Of a DNA stretch of 48,368 bases, positions 40,986 to 48,329 are shown in pieces; position 1 is the first letter of the stretch; every line of letters begins with the position of its first letter. The position numbers and the translations under genes were made by a program. Below the pieces are notes generated by a model. The model saw nothing but the letters and a program-made list of their open reading frames with translations. It did not search any database and had not been told where the DNA came from. Origin of the DNA: a virus; the IMG/VR virus record IMGVR_UViG_3300048907_000042; one strand, written 5' to 3'.

Positions 40986-42972
40986 TGTTGCCAAGCTCCA
41001 TTAGCTGATTGAACTGCGCATCCGCGTTCTTGTTCTGCTCGCGCAGAGCTTCGATCGCAGCACGGAAAGCCTGAATCTGCAGGTCCGATTCCAGAAGGTT
41101 CATCTCCTTCATCATCTTCTGAGCCTGCGCTTCCAACTGCTGAATCTTCGCGTTGTTCAGGCGCTGGGTTTCCTGAAGGTTCATCTGAATTTCCTGAGCC
41201 TTCAATTGCAGCTGCGCCTGCGCGATCTCGTTCTTCAACATCTGGATCTGAACCTTCTCGCTCGGACCCGGAGGCCCCTTGGCCGCGAGGCCAGGATACA
41301 GGACCTTACTATCCGTGATGCCCAGCGACCGGAGGAACTCACGTTCCACAGCATCCGTGTCGTAACCAGGGTTGGTCATCGCGGCCTGCTTCAGCAGCTG
41401 CGCCCTTGCGAACATTGCACCGTCCGATGTGATCGTAGGGTCAGCAGCCGGCACGATCCCTCGAGCCGAACCGGAGAAGTCCTCACGTGCAATGGTATCA
41501 CCCGAGTCGCCGAAACGCAAGCTGACCGGGAGATAAAGCGCGTTCAGTTGGTAAAGCTTCTTGAACTCCCACTTCAGACTGCGCCAGATGCGCTTGTAGA
41601 TCGCCGAGTAGATCTTCTGGCCCTGCTCGATCATAGCCCGGCTCGTCTCCGCAGGCGTGTTCTGCCCAGGGTTGTTGCCGGTCATCATATCGGTCGAGCC
41701 ACTGATACGGTTCGTGTACTCGATCAGCAGATTCAGAAGGTTGAACATCACAGCGCTGGGCTCACGAACCTCCAGCGGTACGATGTTCTTGCGCAGGTCA
41801 TCACCTGTCGCATCCACTCGGTTCCAACCGAAGGGACGGAACTCGACCTGGCCACCACGGATCTTCGCACCACGACCCAGGAAGCCGCCAGCAGTATTGC
41901 TCAGCGTAGCGGCATCGAACAACTGATTGATCGCGGAGTTCACCGATTCGTTGAGCGGTCCGAGCAGCACACCGAAACCGATATCGTAGATAGCACCATC
42001 GGGACTCGGAATGAACGGACGCTTGGTGAAGTGCTCGGTCGCGTAGATCCGGATGATTTCCTTCCTGGTGTTCCGTTCGATATCTTCCTCACGATCGAAG
42101 CGGCACACGATGCGCAGCACTTCACCGCTGCCATCTTCCGTGGTGATGATGTAGGGCTCGGCGTAACCATCTCCGTCGAGGTCCATCCAGCAGTGATGCT
42201 CGCGGATCTGGAACGGCGTGGAGTGGTCAGGGCTCGGCTCGTTCTGGCCGCTGCGACGGTCCTCGCGCGCAGTCGCAGTATCCATGCGGACGTCTGCATC
42301 CGACAGGAACCACGCATCCTCGCGGCAGTCACGATACACACCCGCTGCCATGCGGGAGTAGACATCGTTCCGGTACAGCTCGAACACGTGGGTCTTGAAG
42401 TTGCAACCCTCGACCGACTTGGCGTAGTAGTCCAGCACCAGGTCCTTGGCCTGCACGTACTCACTGACGATCTGCCCATCACGCTTGTGCGTCTTGGTGA
42501 AGCCGCAACCGATGATAGCGATGTTCAGCAGGCTGCGGTCCAGTTCTTCCTCCCAGCAGGAATCCTCTTCCAGCAGCTGGTAAGACATGAACTTGCTGAC
42601 CTTATCAGCACGAGCCTGTTCCACACCCTCAGGGTCATCGCCGATCACACGGCAACCGACGATGTTCCTGCCGTTGACAATGGCAGGATATGCGCGGGCA
42701 TGGAACTGCATGGCAGCGATAGTGACCAGCGGGAAGTTCACATTCGCACAGCCTGCCCACGGCCAGGTCTTTTCCTTCTGCAACTGCATGGCGAGGTCGA
42801 GTGCATTCTCCATCCGCTGCTCCCAGCGCTCACGGGACTGGCAATCCCGCTCGTACTGTTCAGCCATGCACACGCCGATGCGGTCCAGATCTTCATCCGA
42901 GAAGCGATCAGTCAGGTTCGCTGACATAATCACGTCCTTCGTGAGTTTGATCTTGGTATCCAGAGCGTCCAT
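40945..42972 (-). CDS. portal protein with long C-terminal Gln-rich coiled coil
   Basis: 675-aa ORF directly after TerL. AAGGTG SD. The C-terminal 100 aa form a heptad-like Q/L/E/K helix (barrel-like). Confidence 0.75.
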   Translation of the reverse strand: MDALDTKIKLTKDVIMSANLTDRFSDEDLDRIGVCMAEQYERDCQSRERWEQRMENALDLAMQLQKEKTWPWAGCANVNFPLVTIAAMQFHARAYPAIVNGRNIVGCRVIGDDPEGVEQARADKVSKFMSYQLLEEDSCWEEELDRSLLNIAIIGCGFTKTHKRDGQIVSEYVQAKDLVLDYYAKSVEGCNFKTHVFELYRNDVYSRMAAGVYRDCREDAWFLSDADVRMDTATAREDRRSGQNEPSPDHSTPFQIREHHCWMDLDGDGYAEPYIITTEDGSGEVLRIVCRFDREEDIERNTRKEIIRIYATEHFTKRPFIPSPDGAIYDIGFGVLLGPLNESVNSAINQLFDAATLSNTAGGFLGRGAKIRGGQVEFRPFGWNRVDATGDDLRKNIVPLEVREPSAVMFNLLNLLIEYTNRISGSTDMMTGNNPGQNTPAETSRAMIEQGQKIYSAIYKRIWRSLKWEFKKLYQLNALYLPVSLRFGDSGDTIAREDFSGSARGIVPAADPTITSDGAMFARAQLLKQAAMTNPGYDTDAVEREFLRSLGITDSKVLYPGLAAKGPPGPSEKVQIQMLKNEIAQAQLQLKAQEIQMNLQETQRLNNAKIQQLEAQAQKMMKEMNLLESDLQIQAFRAAIEALREQNKNADAQFNQLMELGNNVTAGLGAGAPAV

Positions 42973-42984
42973 TAATTCACCTTG

Positions 42985-43001
42985 TGTCCCAAATTGGGAC
43001 A
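42985..43001. repeat. 17-bp palindrome TGTCCCAAATTGGGACA, copy 8
   Basis: Lies between the TerL stop (43006) and the portal SD/ATG (42972). Confidence 0.95.
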
Positions 43002-43005
43002 GTTC

Positions 43006-44478
43006 TTAGTAGCCAGTGACAGAGCGCCGACCTTCATCTGCGCCACGCGTTTGCTCAGACATGCGGAGCTCCTCGAGCTCCTCCTCAGTCATGAAGTCTT
43101 CTTCATCGACGTCCGCGTCGAGGTCGAAACCCTTGACTGCATACACAGTACTGTCGAATCTGTCGTCCAACAGGGCCTCAGTTACGCCCGTGAAGGTCAG
43201 CAGTTCCGCCTTATACGCTTGATACCACGACGCTTGCGTGTCGTAGCGCATACCACCCGCCCTGTGGCGCTTCTTGTAGCCCTGACCGCGCACAGCTTTG
43301 TCCTTCGACGCCACGATAGGGCGGAAATCAATCCAGTGATCCCGCGCCATCATCTCTTTATCGATGAAAGGCTTGACCGAATCCCAAATCTGCCCCTTCT
43401 CAACGATCCAATACTCGGGCTGATACATAGAATCGAAGTCAAACATCTCATCGACCCACTCATCTGACTTCCATCGGTCAGCAACATGGCCGATGATGTG
43501 GACAAGGTTGTCAGTCGACTGACCTGCGGCGGTAAATGCAGTCTGATTAGCCGAATCTTTCTTCGTTACAGCGAAGTCGGCGCCACAAACTACCCGCTTG
43601 GGCTTCTCGTAGTCCTCAATCTTCATCGGAATGAAGCCTTCCTCGCGGAGATAGGCCTCATTACTATCCAACGGGGTGTTCAGGAACTCCTGAGAGTAGC
43701 CCGGACCGTCGCCATCTTCCTCAAATTCCTTCTGTTTCTCACGAAGATCTGCTTCGGTCCAGCGATCTGGCCACAGCAACTCAGTGAAATCGCTGTAACT
43801 CTTGTGCGCCTTGAAGAACAGGTGCTTCCAAACCTTGTTGACGCGCAGTCGGGACAGCAGCGAGTCCATGTGCAGGATAGTTCCGTGCACGCGGATCTTA
43901 CCACGCTTGCTCAACGCCTGCTTAGCCGCACGGAAGAACCACTTGCGGAACTTAACTCGGCGTTCTTTGTTCTCAACCTGCTCGTCATCTTCCATATCGT
44001 CGCAGACGATAAGGTCAGGACGCATACCATTCCACATTGCACCACGAATCTTCTGCTCAGCGCCGCGAGCCAGGATGCGGAAGCGGTGACCATCGCCGAA
44101 CTTCACGATGATTTCCGTCTTCTGCTCCGTCTCGAAGCCCACGATATCGAAGTCCCGACGCAGATCTTCGTTCGTGTTGATCTCTTCCGCAATGTTCGAC
44201 AGCTGCTCAGCCGCCTTCGGTTCCGTGGAGCCGATGATGATGACGTACTGCGACGACCGGAAACAGACCTCGGCCATCGTATAGTCGTATGTCAGCGCGG
44301 TAGACTTCGCATGATCTCGAGGCGCGATGACCATCGCCTGCTTTTCATCCGAAGTGTACAGCGCCCACGCCTCGCGATGGAATTGAGGCGTGGGCTTTGC
44401 GTCGTCGTAACGGCCTGACAGGTACACACCTGCAAAGCCTTCCACAATGTCTGCGTTGAGCTTGACCTTGGATTTCAT
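43006..44478 (-). CDS. terL: terminase large subunit
   Basis: VIAPRDHAKST (Walker A-like) and DLIVCDDMEDD (Walker B). The C-terminal nuclease part and the 490-aa size fit T7 gp19-type proteins. Confidence 0.85.
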   Translation of the reverse strand: MKSKVKLNADIVEGFAGVYLSGRYDDAKPTPQFHREAWALYTSDEKQAMVIAPRDHAKSTALTYDYTMAEVCFRSSQYVIIIGSTEPKAAEQLSNIAEEINTNEDLRRDFDIVGFETEQKTEIIVKFGDGHRFRILARGAEQKIRGAMWNGMRPDLIVCDDMEDDEQVENKERRVKFRKWFFRAAKQALSKRGKIRVHGTILHMDSLLSRLRVNKVWKHLFFKAHKSYSDFTELLWPDRWTEADLREKQKEFEEDGDGPGYSQEFLNTPLDSNEAYLREEGFIPMKIEDYEKPKRVVCGADFAVTKKDSANQTAFTAAGQSTDNLVHIIGHVADRWKSDEWVDEMFDFDSMYQPEYWIVEKGQIWDSVKPFIDKEMMARDHWIDFRPIVASKDKAVRGQGYKKRHRAGGMRYDTQASWYQAYKAELLTFTGVTEALLDDRFDSTVYAVKGFDLDADVDEEDFMTEEELEELRMSEQTRGADEGRRSVTGY

Positions 44479-44487
44479 ATCTTGGCC

Positions 44488-46704
44488 TTAGCAGGAGACG
44501 CCCCACGGAGGACGTGGCAACGTCCAGCTGGTTGCGCCAGTGTCGAAGTCGACCGGCTCGACGGGGATGAGTTCTACGCACCACGAAGACAGGTCGCGAT
44601 CAAAGGCTGTCGCATCCTGGAACATGGCATCCATCTGCACGACCTTACTCACATCCCAGAAGCGGATGTTCTGGTTGAAGAGCCCAGCCTGCCTGAACAT
44701 GGAGTTCATCTGCAGCACCAGCGCAGGGTTCCACCCGGTGATATCTTGGTTGAACAACGTAGCACTGAAGAACATGAAGTCCATGTAAATCACCTTCGAC
44801 ACGTCCCACGAACTCAGGGGCTGATCGAAGTTGATACACGACGCGAACATAGCCCCCATATCCACAGCCTTCGCTGTGTTGAAGTGATTCACGGGCTGGT
44901 TGAAGCTGAGTGCGTTGGCGAACATGCCTCCGAAGTCGGTGACCTGCGACGTGTCCCAGCCCAGCAGGCTACCATTGAACGTCCAGCAGAACGCAAACAT
45001 CTGATGCGTGCGCGTGACCTTCGCCGTGTTCCAGCTCGACGCGTCGAAGTTCAGGAACCGGCACCCAGCGAACATATCCGCGAAGTCCTCAGCGTTGGCT
45101 ACGTTCCAGCCGCTGAGGTCCTGCGCGAAGTTCATGATCAGGGGCTCTTCCGGGTCCGTCGCACTGGTGAATCCGGAGAACATCAGGTCGAAGAACCGCG
45201 CCGTGCCCACGTTCCAACCACCGATATCTCGGTTGAAGGACGTAGCCCGCATGAACATTCCCTCGAAGTTGATGGACTTCGCAACGTTCCATCCACTAAT
45301 GTCCGCATTGAAGTTCGGGCAACCCTGGAACATACGATTGAAGCCCAGCCCCTCGCCTACGTTCCACGACGAGATGTCACGGCTGAAGTCCATCGGACCC
45401 ATCGGCTGGTCGTAATTGCCGATAGCGGCAGCGAACATCCTGCCGAATGCGATACACTTCGATGTGTTCCAGTTGTCGATGTTTCCGTTGAAACGGACCG
45501 CGCGCTGGAACATGCCCTGCAGATCAATCGCATTGCCTACGTTCCAGTTATTCAGGTCCTGGTTGAAGGCCCAGCAATCACTGAACATGAAGGGGAAGAG
45601 CGTACCGGCTGCCACGTTCCAGTTATTCAACGGCTGGTTGAACACACGGCAGTGCTCGAACATGTTACTGAAGTTCGTGCACGCGCCTACGTTCCAGTTG
45701 TTGAAGGGCTGATTCAGCGCCCAGCAATTCTGGAACATCTGCCGAAGCTCGGTAGCATTCGACACGTCCCAGTTGTTGATGTTCCTGTTGAAGGCATGGC
45801 AGCCATTGAACGTATTGCTGAAGCTCGTACCGCCACTGACGTCCCACCCAGCCAGCGGTCGGTTGAAGATCTCGCAGCCATCGAAGACCGTGCCAAAGCC
45901 ATACTGCCCGCCGATGTTCTTCGTGTCCCAGAAGGTTACACCACCAGCGTTGAAGAACGTGCAGTTCTGGAACATGCCAGTCAGCACCAGCAGAGTATCT
46001 GCAAGGTACGAGGGGACGATGCTCAGGTCCTGATTGTTCTGATACCTTGCCTGGCGCAGGCCGACCAGACCGAAGTTGTCGATACTGATCGTGGACACGC
46101 CAGGGGCTGCGGCCGACTGGATGCCGTGGCAGGTGCCAGTGATCTTGATCTGATACGTGCCCGGAGCTGCGTACAGATGATCCTTGATTGCGAAGTTGCT
46201 GGTCTGGTTCACAGTCTCGATAGCCGAGCCATCACCCCAGTCCACGGTGCACGCCACCTCAGGTTCCAACGCAGGCACGACCGCGTAGGTACGACCGAGG
46301 AACAAGGTCTTGGTCGAGCCGATCTCCGTGACCAGCACGGTCTCGCGGTACACCGGGTCAGTGGGCGGGAACGGCAGCGGGAAGGTTTCAACCTCCGGTG
46401 CGAAGTCCACTGCAAACTCGACAACCGCTGACACTTCCCGACCAAGACTGGTGGAAAGCACAGCGGTTGCTTCATACATAGCGCCGATGGTTCCGCGCTT
46501 CACAGAGATACCGACTGACGTGCGCGAGATCTGCGAACCGTCCAGCACGTCATTGGGGGAGGGATCTTCGCCAAGGGTAGTCACGGCCGAGACGGAAGTG
46601 ACCGAACCCAGCGACTCACCTTTGAGCAACGCAGACGACAGGTCGATCCAGTACGTCACTCGCTCCTTGTCGAACTTGATAGGGGCGATCAGCCGAACGG
46701 CCAT
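44488..46704 (-). CDS. BspA/DUF285-type leucine-rich-repeat protein with N-terminal Ig-like and PKD-like domains
   Basis: Roughly 17-20 tandem units of about 25 aa of form W(D/N)VS....M..MF..A..FN..(I/L)..W span nt 44538-46068. A PKD-like signature VDWGDGS...H.Y..PGTY.I sits at about 46128-46263. Confidence 0.8.
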   Translation of the reverse strand: MAVRLIAPIKFDKERVTYWIDLSSALLKGESLGSVTSVSAVTTLGEDPSPNDVLDGSQISRTSVGISVKRGTIGAMYEATAVLSTSLGREVSAVVEFAVDFAPEVETFPLPFPPTDPVYRETVLVTEIGSTKTLFLGRTYAVVPALEPEVACTVDWGDGSAIETVNQTSNFAIKDHLYAAPGTYQIKITGTCHGIQSAAAPGVSTISIDNFGLVGLRQARYQNNQDLSIVPSYLADTLLVLTGMFQNCTFFNAGGVTFWDTKNIGGQYGFGTVFDGCEIFNRPLAGWDVSGGTSFSNTFNGCHAFNRNINNWDVSNATELRQMFQNCWALNQPFNNWNVGACTNFSNMFEHCRVFNQPLNNWNVAAGTLFPFMFSDCWAFNQDLNNWNVGNAIDLQGMFQRAVRFNGNIDNWNTSKCIAFGRMFAAAIGNYDQPMGPMDFSRDISSWNVGEGLGFNRMFQGCPNFNADISGWNVAKSINFEGMFMRATSFNRDIGGWNVGTARFFDLMFSGFTSATDPEEPLIMNFAQDLSGWNVANAEDFADMFAGCRFLNFDASSWNTAKVTRTHQMFAFCWTFNGSLLGWDTSQVTDFGGMFANALSFNQPVNHFNTAKAVDMGAMFASCINFDQPLSSWDVSKVIYMDFMFFSATLFNQDITGWNPALVLQMNSMFRQAGLFNQNIRFWDVSKVVQMDAMFQDATAFDRDLSSWCVELIPVEPVDFDTGATSWTLPRPPWGVSC

Positions 46705-46705
46705 G

Positions 46706-46996
46706 TTAATCACCTATGACGGAAATGAGAATGCCTTGGTTGTAGACGTTACCAGCAGTGGTCTTCACCGAACACCACACTCGGTAGATGACTCCTACGG
46801 TACCGCCGATGAAGTTGAACGTCACATTCTGCCGGTCGTAGCGAGTCAGCGCGTATGTGAGAGTGGGATTGAGCTCTTCGCCGTAAGCGGTCTCAACGGT
46901 GATGCCAGCTTCAAGCAGCGTCTCACCAACGGGCATCCGCTGACCGAAGTCAAACAGATGCGTCACGTCCCCACTCGGAGTCTTGGAAGGGTTCAT
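46706..46996 (-). CDS. small Ig-like protein, paralog of the N-terminal domain of 44488-46704
   Basis: 96-aa ORF. The pattern D.G..L..GE.L.......V.........L..........V.F.F.GGT.G..Y.V...V.T..G.V......I.V is shared with residues 20-105 of the downstream protein. Confidence 0.65.
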   Translation of the reverse strand: MNPSKTPSGDVTHLFDFGQRMPVGETLLEAGITVETAYGEELNPTLTYALTRYDRQNVTFNFIGGTVGVIYRVWCSVKTTAGNVYNQGILISVIGD

Positions 46997-47139
46997 CCAC
47001 CGGCACCCTTCGGCAGACCAGTACGACCGCCGGCCTTCTTGATGGCACGCGGCTTCTTATCCTTCTTGGACTTAACCGGCTTTACTTTCGCCTGTCCGAA
47101 CTTCTGTGAACTCCGCGTCGACGATGGTTTGAGTGCCAT
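46993..47139 (-). CDS. small Lys-rich basic protein (48 aa)
   Basis: ATG 47139 lies 7 nt after AGGGAG. ATGA coupling to the next gene. It overlaps the 3' end of 47072-47629 out of frame. Confidence 0.45.
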   Translation of the reverse strand: MALKPSSTRSSQKFGQAKVKPVKSKKDKKPRAIKKAGGRTGLPKGAGG

Positions 47140-47629
47140 GACGTGCTCCCTTTGCAAGTGATTCGAGGCGCTTCGCCATAGCCGCCAGTCGATCTTCATC
47201 GACCTCGTTACTACGGGCCAGCGGGTCAGGTCGGCCGATGCGCTTGGTGAGTTCGCCCATCAGGCGCACTGCACGCAGCTTATCCTGCGGACCCCCGTTC
47301 TTCATCGTGTCAATCACTACATCGACCGCAGTCTCGTAGCTTGCCTCCAGCCGTACCTGTGCTGCCGCAGACTTCTCCGCGATAGCGGCTTGGATCAGCG
47401 GCTGACGAAGCAGCATCGAGATATAAACCGGGGTGAGGCCGCAAATCTGTGCGACCTGAACATTCTTCATACCCTGCGCGAGGAGAGCTACAACCTCCAA
47501 GTGCTTCGGGGTAAGCTTCTTCAGAATCCATTTCTCACGCGTCGTGTCGAGTTCGGTGGATTCCTTAACATCATCATCCTCCTGGAAGCCCGGGAGGGAC
47601 GACTCGACGTACTCATCATTGTCTGCCAT
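47072..47629 (-). CDS. HTH DNA-binding protein (LuxR/sigma-region-4-like HTH); small terminase subunit or late regulator candidate
   Basis: LTPKHLEVVALLAQGMKNVQVAQICGLTPVYISMLLR fits the LT..E.EV..L.A.G..N..IA......TV HTH pattern. An acidic N-terminus precedes it. Confidence 0.6.
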   Translation of the reverse strand: MADNDEYVESSLPGFQEDDDVKESTELDTTREKWILKKLTPKHLEVVALLAQGMKNVQVAQICGLTPVYISMLLRQPLIQAAIAEKSAAAQVRLEASYETAVDVVIDTMKNGGPQDKLRAVRLMGELTKRIGRPDPLARSNEVDEDRLAAMAKRLESLAKGARHGTQTIVDAEFTEVRTGESKAG

Positions 47630-47778
47630 CTGAGGTTCCTATGCCCTGCGGGCGTCCGAGGCGGCTGCGCCGCTCAGGGAAAAGCGGCTCCGGGATAACA
47701 CCTGCGGCCAGCGGACCGGCCAGCCGACTGCCTCGCGGAAGCCGACCGGCCGATCCCTGTCGCGTCGTTCGCCAGATG
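47630..47778 (-). other. GC-rich conserved non-coding element X2 (homologous to 36213-36295)
   Basis: 148-nt gap between palindrome 9 and ATG 47629. It shares sequence blocks with X1 and contains internal GGCCGGTC(G/C)GCT sub-repeats. Confidence 0.45.
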
Positions 47779-47795
47779 TGTCCCAAATTGGGACA
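47779..47795. repeat. 17-bp palindrome TGTCCCAAATTGGGACA, copy 9
   Basis: Exact motif, intergenic, 18 nt after the stop at 47814. Confidence 0.95.
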
Positions 47796-47813
47796 GTAGG
47801 CGTGGAGAGGGTT

Positions 47814-48107
47814 TCACTTGAGGTTCTGTTTCTGGAGACGACCCACACCCGAGCGGGCACCAGCAGTGAGACCGCGTGCGGTACTCATTGCGTCAGCACC
47901 ATTCGCGCGAGTGGCAACCTGTGCCTTGCCCATATCAGCGGTCTGCGGACCCCTTCCGCCAGCCGAGGCCCTCGAGGAGGTCGAGCCAGTACTGGTATTC
48001 GTGGACGGAGAACGCTTCTTGTCCACGTTCCCGATCTTCTTGTCGATCGCCTTCGACACCGGATCGACCTTGTGGATCGCGTTCCGGATTTTCTTGAAAA
48101 GTCCCAT
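47814..48107 (-). CDS. hypothetical basic low-complexity protein
   Basis: ORF trimmed to ATG 48107, which follows GGGAG. This is the second gene behind the sigma70 promoter. Confidence 0.55.
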   Translation of the reverse strand: MGLFKKIRNAIHKVDPVSKAIDKKIGNVDKKRSPSTNTSTGSTSSRASAGGRGPQTADMGKAQVATRANGADAMSTARGLTAGARSGVGRLQKQNLK

Positions 48108-48173
48108 CGTGGTTATCTCCCGTGCCAGCCGGCACATCGTCTAAAGGCTTTGCCGAGCGCAGCGAGGTTAGCA

Positions 48174-48329
48174 TTACTGCGCGGCTACTTCCGTCGAATC
48201 GTCGACTTGATGACGATTGTCCAGTGCTGTGGGATCATCGAGCAACCGATCCCGAATCCTTTCCATCTGCTCCAACTGCTCAGGCGGATACAGCGCCAGC
48301 AGCTGTTCATATCTGGAAGCCATATCCAT
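48174..48329 (-). CDS. small acidic protein (51 aa), first gene behind the consensus sigma70 promoter
   Basis: ATG 48329 follows GGAG. Its 5' part lies in the 127-bp end overlap. Confidence 0.5.
   Translation of the reverse strand: MDMASRYEQLLALYPPEQLEQMERIRDRLLDDPTALDNRHQVDDSTEVAAQ

Noticed and set aside
44538-46068. A 75-nt periodic DNA repeat, considered as a possible CRISPR array or satellite.
   Set aside because: The periodicity is in-frame coding for degenerate 25-aa DUF285/LRR units. The units are not identical, and there is no repeat-spacer structure and no leader.
34973-46431. Other long antisense ORFs in the late arm (34973-37054, 37096-38250, 38277-38852, 39736-40437, 41206-42924, 43486-44418, 44482-46431).
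   Set aside because: Same reasoning. Each lies entirely antisense to a motif-bearing or well-coupled minus-strand gene, spans several gene boundaries or terminators, and has a skewed Arg/Leu/Val/His composition.
1154-47795. The nine palindromes as ordinary rho-independent terminators.
   Set aside because: None is followed by a T/U tract. Several are followed within 5-15 nt by the SD and start codon of a coupled gene. Canonical terminators with long GC stems and T-runs occur elsewhere (14015, 36174, 37074, 21003).
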